This document shows positions 48,934 to 59,308 of a stretch of DNA of 64,000 bases, in pieces. The DNA comes from Candidatus Latescibacterota bacterium (lineage in GTDB: Bacteria > Latescibacterota > UBA2968 > UBA8231): positions 64,001-128,000 of the forward strand of contig CBDFJF010000001.1 of assembly GCA_965248265.1 (NCBI GenBank). The letters are read 5' to 3'. The notes beneath the pieces are model-generated. The model worked only from the letters and a program-made list of their open reading frames with translations. It did no database searches and had not been told where the DNA came from. Position 1 is the stretch's first letter; every line of letters starts with the position of its first letter. A program made the position numbers and the translations under genes.

Positions 48934-50028
48934 CTACTCGATATACTGCTCGAGCGCGCCGACTGAAATCCGCTCGGGCAGATTGCGTTCCGCCATGCGT
49001 GCGAAGGCTTCCTCGTCGTTGAACGCCGAACCGGTGATAAGGCAGACCGCCACTTCACCTTTTCGAATCACGCCTTCCGCAGCCGCTTTGAGGGCCGCCA
49101 TCACCGGTGCCGCGCCGGCCGGCTCGGCGAGAATACCCTCTTCGCGCGCCAGCCTTGCCTGCACCCCGAAAATCTCGCTGTCGCTGCCGGTGAATCCGGT
49201 GCCGCCCGAAGCTCGAGCCATTTCAATCGCCGGCGCGGCGTCGAGCAGCACGGGCACCTTCAGCCCCGTCACTGCCGTGTGAGCCCGCTGCACCTCGTCC
49301 CCGCCATCGCGACCTTCACGCAGACAGGAGGCTATGGTGTCGCAGCCTTCGGGCTGGACTATGTGGACGGCCGGTTTCTGCCTGACTTCCTCGTTCGCGA
49401 AGCCTTTGGCCACCGCCAGGGCCAGGGCGCCTGAACCCGCAGGGATGAACACGTGGTCCATGCGCGACAGCCCGCTGTCGGCTTCCAGGAAATAGGCGAT
49501 GGTCTCGGCGCCGCGCATTCCCTGCGGACACATCAGATAGTTGCTGACCAGCAGCGCCGAGTCGTCTCGCGCCTTGCATGCGGTCTCGAGCAGGTCGAAT
49601 ACACGCCGATCTACTTCGACGTCCGTGCCGAATCCGACGATCTCGACAATGTCTGCTCCAGCCGCCGCCATTTTACGCACTTTGCCCAGCGGGGTGCCGT
49701 CGGCGATGGCGATCGTGCACGTCAGATTGGCGCGGGCGCAGTAGGCGGCCACGGCGCTGCCTGTGTTGCCGCTCGATGTGAGCAGACAGCGGCTCTGATT
49801 ATTGGCCACCATGTGTGAAATCGCCGAAGCCGCGAACACGGCCTTGTGCGACATCGACGGTTGGCCGGTGAGATCGAGGAACCACAGATCAACCCCGGCC
49901 TGGGGCCCAATGCGGACCGACTCCACCAAAGGGGCCGGCCCTTCTCCCATGGTGATGCGCGCGTGTGGAGGCACTGCGCCCTCAGGATCGATGCGCTCGG
50001 CCCAGCGCCAAATGCCCTTATTCAACAT
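48934..50028 (-). CDS. PLP-dependent threonine synthase-like enzyme (fold type II)
   Basis: ITMGEG.APL, PSMSHK (PLP Lys), SSGNTGSAVAAY, PAGSG, EGILAEPAGA, ITGS. Confidence 0.88.
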   Translation of the reverse strand: MLNKGIWRWAERIDPEGAVPPHARITMGEGPAPLVESVRIGPQAGVDLWFLDLTGQPSMSHKAVFAASAISHMVANNQSRCLLTSSGNTGSAVAAYCARANLTCTIAIADGTPLGKVRKMAAAGADIVEIVGFGTDVEVDRRVFDLLETACKARDDSALLVSNYLMCPQGMRGAETIAYFLEADSGLSRMDHVFIPAGSGALALAVAKGFANEEVRQKPAVHIVQPEGCDTIASCLREGRDGGDEVQRAHTAVTGLKVPVLLDAAPAIEMARASGGTGFTGSDSEIFGVQARLAREEGILAEPAGAAPVMAALKAAAEGVIRKGEVAVCLITGSAFNDEEAFARMAERNLPERISVGALEQYIE

Positions 50029-50217
50029 GTCTCACCTCCTGCACCTGAGCTTGGTAAGCCGTCGACCAGTTGGGGACATCTACGGCATCGGGATGCCATC
50101 ACTCGACGAGAAACCACCGTTTCACCATACTAACGCACATTGAGGAAGTAAGCGACGTCGGTCGCGCCGGCAACGGGTACGCCGATGCAGGCGCCTTGGG
50201 ATTGAGAGGGGTCACCT

Positions 50218-51222
50218 ATGGAACTCGACGCGGATAAGCTGCTCTGGATCTACGAACGCATGACCCTCATCCGCGAGTTCGAAGAGCGGGTGCACGTCGA
50301 TTTCGCCACCGGCGCTCTGCCAGGCTTCGTCCATCTCTACGCGGGTGAAGAAGCGGTCGCGGTCGGCGTATGCGCCAACCTCACCGATGACGACTTCATC
50401 ACCAGCACTCATCGGGGCCACGGCCATTGCATCGCCAAAGGGGTCGACGTAAGAAACATGATGGCTGAGATCCACGGCAAAGCGACTGGAGCCTGCAAAG
50501 GCAAAGGGGGCTCGATGCATATCGCTGACATCGACAAGGGCATGCTCGGCGCCAACGGCATCGTCGGCGGCGGCCCGCCACTGGCATGCGGTGTCGGCCT
50601 CACTGCTAAGTTGAAGGGCGCCGACCAGGTCTCTGTCTGCTTTTTCGGGGACGGCGCCTCCAACCAGGGTACGACCCTCGAGGGCATGAACCTCGCCGGC
50701 ATCTGGAGGCTGCCCGTCATCTTCGTCTGCGAGAACAATCGCTATGCCCAGTCAACTGGGGCCTCGTACCATGTTTCGGGCAATGACATTGCCGCCCGTG
50801 CCCGCGGTTTCGGCATACGCGCCGCCGCAGTGGATGGCATGGACGTGTTCGCCATGTACGAAGCGGCGCACGAAGCTGTAGAACGTGCACGCCGCGGCGA
50901 TGGCCCGGTGTTCATCGAAGCTCAGACCTATCGCAAGTACGGTCATTTCGAAGGCGACAGCTTTCTCTACCGCCCCGAAGATGAGCAGGAGTCTCATCGT
51001 TCGCGCGATTGCCTGCAGCACTTTCGCGGAGCCGTCCTCGCCCAGCAGCTGTTGAGCGAATCAGCGCTGGCCGCTGTTGAGCAGAAGGTCCGAGACGCGA
51101 TCGAAGAAGCGGTTGCTTTTGCCGGAGAGAGCCCCAAGCCCAGTCCGGCTGATACCCTGACCGATGTTTACGTGGACTTCCCGGATTCGGAGTTGTGGCC
51201 GTTTCAGGAGAGGCCGGTATAG
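50218..51222 (+). CDS. acoA: Acetoin/2-oxoacid dehydrogenase E1 alpha subunit
   Basis: PGFVHLYAGEEA, STHRGHGH, GKGGSMH, FFGDGASNQG, ENN, TYR.YGHFEGD. Confidence 0.88.
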   Translation: MELDADKLLWIYERMTLIREFEERVHVDFATGALPGFVHLYAGEEAVAVGVCANLTDDDFITSTHRGHGHCIAKGVDVRNMMAEIHGKATGACKGKGGSMHIADIDKGMLGANGIVGGGPPLACGVGLTAKLKGADQVSVCFFGDGASNQGTTLEGMNLAGIWRLPVIFVCENNRYAQSTGASYHVSGNDIAARARGFGIRAAAVDGMDVFAMYEAAHEAVERARRGDGPVFIEAQTYRKYGHFEGDSFLYRPEDEQESHRSRDCLQHFRGAVLAQQLLSESALAAVEQKVRDAIEEAVAFAGESPKPSPADTLTDVYVDFPDSELWPFQERPV

Positions 51223-51229
51223 GAGAGGG

Positions 51230-52261
51230 ATGAATGTCATGTCTGACCGATCGCTGAGTTACAGGGAAGCGCTGAACGAAGCGTTGCGCGAGGAAATGAG
51301 TCGTGACCCCTCCGTGGTTCTGATGGGTGAGGATATCTCCGGAGCGCCTCACAGCGATGACCCGGACCATTTCGACAGCTGGGGCGGTCCCCTGGGCGTG
51401 ACCAAACACCTCATCCACGACTTCGGGCGCGAGCGCGTTCGCGACACACCCATTACCGAGTCCGCATTCGTAGGTGCCGGAGTTGGTGGTGCCGCTACCG
51501 GCCTGCGCCCGGTTGTGGAGCTGATGTTCATCGGTTTCATGGGCGTTTGCCTCGACCAGATCACCAACCAGGCTGCCAAGATGCGTTACATGTTCGGGGG
51601 CAAGGCGAAAATCCCCCTGGTCATACGCACGATGATCGGCGCCGGGCTGCGCGCAGCGGCGCAGCACTCCGACTCGATGTACTCGGTCTTCGTCCACTTC
51701 CCCGGCTTGAAGGTCGTGGCCCCGTCAACGCCAGCCGATGCCAAGGGCCTCCTCACCGCGTCAATACGCGACGACGACCCCGTGATCTTCTGTGAACACA
51801 AAGTGCTTTACGACACGAAAGGTCCGGTACCCGAAGGAGAGCACATCGTGCCACTGGGCAAGGCAGACGTCAAGCGCGAAGGCTCGGACGTGACCATCGT
51901 GGCGATCTCGCGCATGGTCCACTTCGCGCTGGAGGCGGCCGACGAGCTCGAAAAGGAGGGCATCAGTGCCGAGATCGTCGATCCGCGCACTCTGGTTCCG
52001 CTCGACCAGGACACCATCCTGAATTCGATTCGCAAGACGGGGCGGCTGGTTGTCGTCGACGAAGACAACCCGCGCTGCAGCATGGCAACCGACATCGCCA
52101 CCCTGGCCGCGACGCAGGCGGTCGAGTACCTGTGTGCGCCGGTCAAGCTGGTCACGGCGCCGCACACCCCAGTGCCCTTCAGCCCGGATCTCGAAGACAC
52201 CTACATCCCTTCCCCCCGGCGCATCGTCACTGCCGTCCACGAAGGCGTCGCGTACAAATGA
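51230..52261 (+). CDS. acoB: Acetoin/2-oxoacid dehydrogenase E1 beta subunit
   Basis: DTPITES, DQITNQAAKMRYMFGG, AAQHS, HTPVPFSP.LE. Confidence 0.88.
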   Translation: MNVMSDRSLSYREALNEALREEMSRDPSVVLMGEDISGAPHSDDPDHFDSWGGPLGVTKHLIHDFGRERVRDTPITESAFVGAGVGGAATGLRPVVELMFIGFMGVCLDQITNQAAKMRYMFGGKAKIPLVIRTMIGAGLRAAAQHSDSMYSVFVHFPGLKVVAPSTPADAKGLLTASIRDDDPVIFCEHKVLYDTKGPVPEGEHIVPLGKADVKREGSDVTIVAISRMVHFALEAADELEKEGISAEIVDPRTLVPLDQDTILNSIRKTGRLVVVDEDNPRCSMATDIATLAATQAVEYLCAPVKLVTAPHTPVPFSPDLEDTYIPSPRRIVTAVHEGVAYK

Positions 52262-52305
52262 CCTCGCCCACCGACGTCCATCCGATGCACCACTGAGGAA
52301 GGCTC

Positions 52306-53682
52306 ATGGCTATCGAAGTCGTCATGCCCAAATGGGGCCTCAGCATGCTGGAGGGCGTCATCGTCCAGTGGCTCAAGCAGGAAGGCGACACCATTGAGAA
52401 AGACGAGCCCCTGCTGGAGGTCGAGACCGAAAAGATGGTCTCCGTCGTCGAGGCGCCTGCTTCCGGTATCGTTGCCAGAATCCTGCATCCTGTCGACAGT
52501 ACGGTGCCGGTCAGTCAGGTGATCGCCGTAATCACCGAGCCCGGTGAGTCCGTGCCCGACATCGCTCCCTCGAGCGCACCAGTGCATGATACGGCCACAC
52601 TGCCGTCGCTCGACGTTCCCGCCCCAACGCAGCCGCGAGAGCGATTGCCAGGCGACATCGTTCCGGCCGTTCCCGCGGCGCGACGCCTCGCCGGTGATCG
52701 CGGCCTCGACCTCGGCGGCATCCAAGGCAGCGGTCCCGCCGGTGTGATCACACGAGCCGATGTCGAGCGCGCCACGGCCCCTGTCCCCCAGGCAATTGAA
52801 AAAGCCACCTTCTTCAGCGAAGGTCATCGTCTCGACGGCCTGCTCTACACACCGCGGGACCTGAAGCCGGGGGAGAAGCGCCCGGCCGTCATCCTGTGCG
52901 TGGGCTTCACCTATCTCAAGAGCCTGGTCATGCCCGACATCGCCAGAGTGCTCAACGCAGCCGGCTATGTCGCCTTTATCTTCGACTACCGTGGCTTCGG
53001 CGACAGCGAAGGGCCGCGTTGGCGACTCATACCCGGTGAGCAGGTCAACGATGTCCGTGCGGCGTTGACCTTCGTCGCCGATCAACCGCACGTCGATCCC
53101 CAACGACTCGCAGCGCTCGGTGTCAGTCTCGGCGGCTCGAATGCCGTTGTTGCAGGAGCACTCGATCCACGCGTGGGTGCTGTGGTGGCGATCGAAGCGA
53201 TTGGCCACGGCGAGCGCTGGCTGCGCAGCCTGCGTCGCCACTGGGAATGGCTGGAGTTCCAGGAGCGTTTGAGTCGGGATCGCTCTCAACGCGTGAGGAC
53301 GGGTGAGTCTGATCGTGTAGACCCTCTCGAGATTGTGGTGCCCGATCCCGAGTCTCGAGAATTTCTGGAGGCCGTGTACCGGGAATACCCGCAGATGCAA
53401 TGTGACCTGCCGCTGGAGACCGGCGAGGCACTGATGGAGTTTCGACCCGAAGCCCATGTCGAGTTCATCGCTCCGCGGCCAGTGCTGTTCATCCACGGCG
53501 AGGACGACCGCCAGGTTTCCGCCGACGAATCGCGCTGCATGTTCGAGCGCGCCACGGGACCGTCTGAGCTTCACGTAGTGCCCGGCATTGGCCACTTCGA
53601 CTGGGTCATGTCCCCGAGTCCAGGATTCACCCGGGTGACCGGCCTGGTACTCGACTTTCTGCGGGCACACATGCCGGTGTGA
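52306..53682 (+). CDS. AcoC-like protein: lipoyl domain + E1/E3-binding domain + alpha/beta hydrolase
   Basis: MPKWGLSMLEG...VETEK (lipoyl Lys), PAARRLA...GSGPAGVITRADV, FDYRGFGDSEG, GVSLGG, HGEDD, GHFD. Confidence 0.85.
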   Translation: MAIEVVMPKWGLSMLEGVIVQWLKQEGDTIEKDEPLLEVETEKMVSVVEAPASGIVARILHPVDSTVPVSQVIAVITEPGESVPDIAPSSAPVHDTATLPSLDVPAPTQPRERLPGDIVPAVPAARRLAGDRGLDLGGIQGSGPAGVITRADVERATAPVPQAIEKATFFSEGHRLDGLLYTPRDLKPGEKRPAVILCVGFTYLKSLVMPDIARVLNAAGYVAFIFDYRGFGDSEGPRWRLIPGEQVNDVRAALTFVADQPHVDPQRLAALGVSLGGSNAVVAGALDPRVGAVVAIEAIGHGERWLRSLRRHWEWLEFQERLSRDRSQRVRTGESDRVDPLEIVVPDPESREFLEAVYREYPQMQCDLPLETGEALMEFRPEAHVEFIAPRPVLFIHGEDDRQVSADESRCMFERATGPSELHVVPGIGHFDWVMSPSPGFTRVTGLVLDFLRAHMPV

Positions 53683-54692
53683 CGATCGACGACCCACACG
53701 TGACCACCGTTGGCATCATCGCGAACCCGGCTTCGGGCAGAGACATCCGCCGGCTGGTGACGCACGCCACCGTCCTCGACAACGAAGAGAAAGTCAACAT
53801 CGTTCGCCGGGTGCTGCTCGGGCTCGAGTCGGTCGGCGTCGAACGGGTGCGGATCATGCCCGAATCGTACGGCATCGCACCCAGGGCCCTCGACGGATTG
53901 AAGACGCGCGTCGATGTCTCGATTCTGTCGATGAGCACGACCTTCACTCAAGATGACAGCAGCCGCGCTGCCGAGTTCATGGTACGGGATGGCGTCAGTT
54001 GCCTGGTCACGATCGGCGGCGACGGCACCAATCGCGCCGTGGCCAAGACGTGCGCCGACGTGCCCCTGGTGCCGATCTCCACCGGCACGAACAACGCCTT
54101 CCCCTCGATGATTGAGGGCACCATCGCGGGTATGGCTGCCGGTCTTGTGGCCCGCGGCGTGGCCCACGAGGCGGTGCAAACCATGCCGCGATTGGATGTG
54201 TTTACCGGTGTCGATGACGACTCGCCAGCGGACGTGGCCCTCGTTGACGCCGCCGTATATGATGGGCACTTCATCGCCTCTCGTGCGCTCTTGGATGCCA
54301 CGAAGGTCAAGGAAGTCGTACTGACCCGCGCCGAAACCGGGAATATCGGACTGTCAGCCATTGGCGCTCACGTGCACAACGGCAGCCGCTCCCCCGATCA
54401 AGGCCTGTATTTGCGCCTGGAACCCGGCGGACAACGGGTGCTGGCTCCCATCGCCCCAGGCGTGGTGTGCAGCGTGAGCGTCGGGGAGCATAGGTTGCTG
54501 AGCCCTGGAGATGAAGTCGTGATCGAGCGATCCGATCCCTATGTGCTCGCCTTCGATGGCGAGCGTGAGATGGCAGGACCGTCCGGAAAATCGGTCCGCA
54601 TACGCCTCAATGCTCGTGGCCCAAGAGTTGTTGACGTCGTCAAGGCACTCGAAGTGGCCGCCAGTGAAGGAGTGTTCGTCGAGAGTCCGTGA
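53679..54692 (+). CDS. acoX: Acetoin catabolism protein X (ATP-NAD kinase-like)
   Basis: VGIIANPASGRDIRRLV, GGDGTNR, STGTNNAFP, APIAPG, AFDGERE. Confidence 0.88.
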   Translation: MTIDDPHVTTVGIIANPASGRDIRRLVTHATVLDNEEKVNIVRRVLLGLESVGVERVRIMPESYGIAPRALDGLKTRVDVSILSMSTTFTQDDSSRAAEFMVRDGVSCLVTIGGDGTNRAVAKTCADVPLVPISTGTNNAFPSMIEGTIAGMAAGLVARGVAHEAVQTMPRLDVFTGVDDDSPADVALVDAAVYDGHFIASRALLDATKVKEVVLTRAETGNIGLSAIGAHVHNGSRSPDQGLYLRLEPGGQRVLAPIAPGVVCSVSVGEHRLLSPGDEVVIERSDPYVLAFDGEREMAGPSGKSVRIRLNARGPRVVDVVKALEVAASEGVFVESP

Positions 54693-54723
54693 TCGGTTCC
54701 TATTCTTCCTGATCCCCTGCTTT

Positions 54724-56280
54724 TCATTGCCAGATGCTCTTCATCCGCCACGCATCGAGAGATGTCAGCAGAGCGTCCTGGCCCTGTGCGCGTAACGAAA
54801 CACCGATGCTGTCCTCCCTTTCCGGATAGACACGGACGGCGAGGCATTGAGTCCCGTTCGCGAAAACTTCGACAACACTCCGGTCGACAAAGATGCGTAA
54901 TTCCAACGTTTCGCCTTTTGCCAGATCGAAAGGGGCGATCTCGGGCGGACGCGCCAGCACATCCGGAAAGAGTGACGATCGGGTCGAATCCAGGACGAGC
55001 GCATGTTCGCTGTGTGGCACCCCGAGTTTTCTCCGTTGGTAACCATCCTGAAGGAATTTGATCGACGTAGTCTCTTCCGCTTCAGGAGATCGACAGACTT
55101 CGACGCAGACTTCTCTGGCATCCTGTGGATCGATCCTGATCATCAGCTCCATCTCTCGACCAGCAATGCCATCCAGCACCACTGGTGTGTTGGCAGGAAG
55201 CACCCGCTCGTCCACCCGTCGATGCTCCATCCGCAATGATTCCAGCGCTTCCACCGGACCGGCCATCAACCTGCTCTGTGAATCGAGCGAAAGACGACGA
55301 GGCAGCGACATGATTTGATCCCAGGCGTCGTTCGGTTTCGCCCCGTTGATGTTGTGAATGACGTAGATGCCGCCGTTCCCGTCCGGTGTCGCCGACGGTG
55401 CGTGAACGCCGCCGTGCATCAGCTGGTTGAAATTGAAGCGGCCGTGCGCGAAGGGTTTGAATCGGTGGCGTTCCCGGTCGTAGTCGCCCAGCAGATACTG
55501 AGACCCTCTTTGGTGGCTGGCGAAAAGCAGGATGTGTTTGTCGCCGATCGGCCAGAAATACGGGACGGCGCCGTCTTCTCCCGGGCCGGTAAAGATGTCG
55601 CCTTCGATGAAATCGCCGAGATAGATCCAGCGCGTCAGATCCTGTGAAAAGAAGAGATATTCGATGACGCGGCAGTCCTCGAATAGCTCCCCTCCGACAA
55701 ACCCCCCGGTCAGGGCATAGTAGCCCTCGTCCTCTCGCCAAAGAAAGGGATCGTAAACACGGGACGGGCGTTCGTTGACTGCCTCCTCCGGGAGGTTGGG
55801 AATGACGGGACATCCATCGATCTTCTCCCAGTTCAGCAGCAGGGGATCAGAAGAGACCGCGGCCATGCTCCCCGCGCTTGTTCCCTGATAGAACGCGATG
55901 ACGCGGTCTTCTTCGACGAGCGTGCTGCCGCTGTACACCTTCTCCTCGATCCCCGGATAGATAGCCAACGGCAGATCTTCCCAGTGGACAAAGTCATCGC
56001 TCACCGCGTGGCCCCAATGCTGTCGGGGATCTTCCGGTGGATGAGCTTGGTAGAACAGATGATATCGGCCCTGCCAGTAGCACAGCCCGTTCGGATCGTT
56101 CAGTTTGCTCTCCGGATTCACGTAGTGATAGGCAGGTCGGTACGGGTCCGCCGAAAGCATCTTTCGTGATGCCGCAAAGCTCAGCAGCATCTCGTCTGAC
56201 TTCAGCTGCTCGCGCTGCTTTTCGAGCGTCGTTGCGTACGTGCGCCCGGAAATCTTCGGTGGATATCTGATTTCGCTCAT
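54724..56280 (-). CDS. Glycoside hydrolase family 32 protein, non-canonical catalytic motifs
   Basis: LNDPNG, YHLFYQ, WGHAVS, YSGS, YDP, and C-terminal LRIFVDRSVVEVF beta-sandwich. Confidence 0.9.
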   Translation of the reverse strand: MSEIRYPPKISGRTYATTLEKQREQLKSDEMLLSFAASRKMLSADPYRPAYHYVNPESKLNDPNGLCYWQGRYHLFYQAHPPEDPRQHWGHAVSDDFVHWEDLPLAIYPGIEEKVYSGSTLVEEDRVIAFYQGTSAGSMAAVSSDPLLLNWEKIDGCPVIPNLPEEAVNERPSRVYDPFLWREDEGYYALTGGFVGGELFEDCRVIEYLFFSQDLTRWIYLGDFIEGDIFTGPGEDGAVPYFWPIGDKHILLFASHQRGSQYLLGDYDRERHRFKPFAHGRFNFNQLMHGGVHAPSATPDGNGGIYVIHNINGAKPNDAWDQIMSLPRRLSLDSQSRLMAGPVEALESLRMEHRRVDERVLPANTPVVLDGIAGREMELMIRIDPQDAREVCVEVCRSPEAEETTSIKFLQDGYQRRKLGVPHSEHALVLDSTRSSLFPDVLARPPEIAPFDLAKGETLELRIFVDRSVVEVFANGTQCLAVRVYPEREDSIGVSLRAQGQDALLTSLDAWRMKSIWQ

Positions 56281-56565
56281 CGCGTCTTCCAAGCCTATGC
56301 TGGCAGCTCAAACTCGGTTTCAACTGCGCTGGTGATCCCAGCGACAGAGCCGCTGAAAGGTTCGTCGCTGTCGTTGCGTATTGTCGCCTCAAACGACCAT
56401 CGTTTTGTCGCGAACGGAGGTGACGATGTTACTAGCACGCCGGCGTGACTTTCTGGAAAGAAGGTTGTGACGATGGCGGCGACGCGCAACCGCCCGGTGC
56501 CAACACGACTGTGGTCCGGGGCAGTGATAGGTGTTATTGTAGGATCCTTACTGTAAAGGGATATC

Positions 56566-58437
56566 ATGGCCAGGAAGCGAATTGTCCAGCGCGACTTTCG
56601 CGACTACCAGCGCACCCGTTTCGTCGATGCCCAGACGAGCGCCACCGCCAGGCTGGCTCCCACTCTACTGCTGACCAACGAGCTCGGCGTCAACGGCGAT
56701 ATTCCAGACAGGCTAGGCCCGGACGACTGGGCCCGCGTCGAATTCGATGTTCCGTCGGCGCAGGTCAAGAGCGCCCAGCTGTTCTTCTATGTCAAGAGCC
56801 GCAACAGCACCCAGGAAAAACCGCTGCGCTTGCTGGTCAACGGAAGTCGCATCAACCACTACCAGAAGTACAGCAGGCTCGATCATCAGGGGTGGGACCT
56901 GGCGAAAATACCGGCTCGCTTCCTCAAGAAGGGCGTCAATGAGATCGTTTTCGGCATGAACGGCGTGCTCTACGTGGAACCGGGGCCGGGGGGCCGGAGC
57001 AGCCGCAGCTTCGACGGCGGCGAGACCTGGCATCCCAATGCGCTGGGGGGTGATGGCCGGATTGCGGGCGAATACCTGGTCCGATTGCGACTCAAGGGAC
57101 ATCCGCCTCGCGGCGAACTGGTGTCACCGGTATTTGACCTGGCCGATCCGGAGGGCAACGGTATAGCGCCGCGGGTCGATATCAGACGCCTGCGGTTGAC
57201 ACACGACAAAGAAGCCCCCCGGGGAACGCGGATCGACTTCGAAATGCGCTCGGGGTCCACCCCCGCCTTTTCACCGCGCCACTGGACGTCGTGGGTAGGG
57301 AAAACAGCGCTCGAAAGGCCAGGCCGCTTTGCGCAGTGGCGAGCTGTCCTGCGTACGGATTCGGCCGCCGCCACTCCGGTGCTCAAGAGCGTGGCGCTGA
57401 CCGTCGACTATGTGGCGGCACGGGGTTCGCTGAAGGGCATCGAACTGCTCGAGCTCGATCAGCCCGACATCGTCTACAGCTCCTACGACTTCGATTATCT
57501 CGGTCCCCATCACCGCGTCGACCGATTGGTCAAGCAGTACCGCCTGGATGAGGTCATCGCGCCCGGGGAGACCGAGCTGGAGAAGTTCGCCCTGCTGCGT
57601 GATTGGGTTCACAGCCAATGGCTGGGCTGGCAGGCGATCAGTTACCCCTACTGTCCGCCGTGGGATCCGCTTGAGATTTTGGAGACAACGAAGGGCAACT
57701 GGGGCTTCGGCATGTGCACCCATTATGGGGCCGTCTTCGCAGCGTGCGCTTCGGCGCTGGGGTACGTGGCTCGTGTTCTCATAGTCCATGGTCATTGCCT
57801 GGCCGAGATCTGGTCCCACGATCTACAGAAGTGGATTCTGCAGGACCCCGGACCCAGCGAGGAGTACGACGCTACGTACGAGCGCCGTGGAGTGCCCGTC
57901 AACGCGCTCGAGTTTCACCGGCTGCACGCGGCCGGCAAGGCCCATCACCTGACGATCAACAAGCTGCCACAGAAGACGAAGGCGAAGATGACCAACGCCT
58001 GGGGCAGCACGTTCCGTCGCTTCGGCATCCCCCTGCGCAACAATCATCTGGTCAAAGCGGAGCCCGCCGAATTGCACCACGGCTACAGCGCTTTCCACTG
58101 GGACGGGTACCTGTGGTGGTCCGTCGGCATCGATCCGAAATACGCCGAGTATTCGTTGCAGACCTCACGCCCGGCAGATTTCTACTGGTCGGTCGACCAG
58201 ACCCGCCTCTACCCTCGCGCCGGGGAGGAACCAGGGATGTTGGAAATAGACGTGGAGACGGCGACGCCGAACTTCTCGCATTATCAGGTCCGGATCGACG
58301 GCGGGGAGTGGGTGCAGGCCGAGGCACCGCTGAGTTGGGGCCTATGTCATGGTGAGAACGAAATGGAAGTGCGCGGGGTCAATGCCTTTGGTCGAGCCGG
58401 CCGCAGTGCGCGGTTGAAGGTGGGCTACACCGGGTGA
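56566..58437 (+). CDS. Transglutaminase-like domain protein with N-terminal beta-rich domains
   Basis: GMCTHYG (Cys), HCLAEIWS (His), WILQDP (Asp); Asp-box SRSFDGGETW. Confidence 0.8.
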   Translation: MARKRIVQRDFRDYQRTRFVDAQTSATARLAPTLLLTNELGVNGDIPDRLGPDDWARVEFDVPSAQVKSAQLFFYVKSRNSTQEKPLRLLVNGSRINHYQKYSRLDHQGWDLAKIPARFLKKGVNEIVFGMNGVLYVEPGPGGRSSRSFDGGETWHPNALGGDGRIAGEYLVRLRLKGHPPRGELVSPVFDLADPEGNGIAPRVDIRRLRLTHDKEAPRGTRIDFEMRSGSTPAFSPRHWTSWVGKTALERPGRFAQWRAVLRTDSAAATPVLKSVALTVDYVAARGSLKGIELLELDQPDIVYSSYDFDYLGPHHRVDRLVKQYRLDEVIAPGETELEKFALLRDWVHSQWLGWQAISYPYCPPWDPLEILETTKGNWGFGMCTHYGAVFAACASALGYVARVLIVHGHCLAEIWSHDLQKWILQDPGPSEEYDATYERRGVPVNALEFHRLHAAGKAHHLTINKLPQKTKAKMTNAWGSTFRRFGIPLRNNHLVKAEPAELHHGYSAFHWDGYLWWSVGIDPKYAEYSLQTSRPADFYWSVDQTRLYPRAGEEPGMLEIDVETATPNFSHYQVRIDGGEWVQAEAPLSWGLCHGENEMEVRGVNAFGRAGRSARLKVGYTG

Positions 58438-58552
58438 AGGGAGAGTACCTGATTGACCTGACTGCGGGTGTCCCAGGCTCGGGATACTACATCGGATCTC
58501 ATCTCAAAAATCAGAATGCTGGCAAGGTGATTTCAAGGGAGAAAGAGGGCTT

Positions 58553-59308
58553 ATGAATGTCTTGGTGACCGGTGCCGGGAGTCACCTGGGGAAGCAGATC
58601 ACCGCAGAGCTGGCCCCGCATCACAAGTTGCGTCTGTGGGGAACCGGGGAGGAGCCTTGCGACCTGGGCGACCAATCGGAGTGGTTGACTGGGGACCTGC
58701 GTGATGCCGGCACGGCGTGGCAGGCGGTTCGGGGAATGGAGGCGATCGTACACACGGGCGAACCGCCTCCCGAGCTACCTGATGGAGATCTGGAACGTGA
58801 GCAGGAACTATTGGATTTGGCGACACGAGGGACGCATGTGTTGTTCACTGCCGGCGTGGAGGCCGGGGTGAAGCGGTTTGTTTATGGAAGCACACTTCAG
58901 ATTTTTGAAGCCTATCCGGACGACGTGTATATCACGGAGTTGTGGAGGCCGAAGCCCGCTCCGGAAATGTACCAGATGACCCGGTATCTGGGGGAACTCG
59001 CTTGCCGCGAATTTGCCCGGGATTTTCTGGTAGCGGTGACCGCGCTTCGATTGGGCAGAATGGTGGTGGCAGAAGACGTCGCCGGCCAGACACCCGACTT
59101 GATGTGGGTGGACATTCGGGATGCTGCGCACGCGTTCCGCATGGCTCTGAACCGGGATGCCCGCAACGAAGTGAAATGGACTCAGCGGTTTGCCCTGCAT
59201 CACATCTGTGCAGATATGCCGAATGGCAAGTACCTGATCGGGACTCCAGGATTCCGACTCAATGGGTTTGAGCCGCAGCATCAATTTGAGACAGGGGGTG
59301 GGGTATGA
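58553..59308 (+). CDS. NAD-dependent epimerase/dehydratase (uronate dehydrogenase-like)
   Basis: VLVTGAGSHLG, GVKRFVYGST, YQMTR.LGE (YxxxK Lys replaced by Arg). Confidence 0.85.
   Translation: MNVLVTGAGSHLGKQITAELAPHHKLRLWGTGEEPCDLGDQSEWLTGDLRDAGTAWQAVRGMEAIVHTGEPPPELPDGDLEREQELLDLATRGTHVLFTAGVEAGVKRFVYGSTLQIFEAYPDDVYITELWRPKPAPEMYQMTRYLGELACREFARDFLVAVTALRLGRMVVAEDVAGQTPDLMWVDIRDAAHAFRMALNRDARNEVKWTQRFALHHICADMPNGKYLIGTPGFRLNGFEPQHQFETGGGV

Noticed and set aside
50168-50189. Sigma54 promoter for the aco operon
   Set aside because: GG-N10-GC pairs exist but flanking bases match the consensus poorly, and there is no acoR nearby.
52201-53697. 498-aa minus-strand ORF
   Set aside because: Antisense shadow of the AcoC-like gene.
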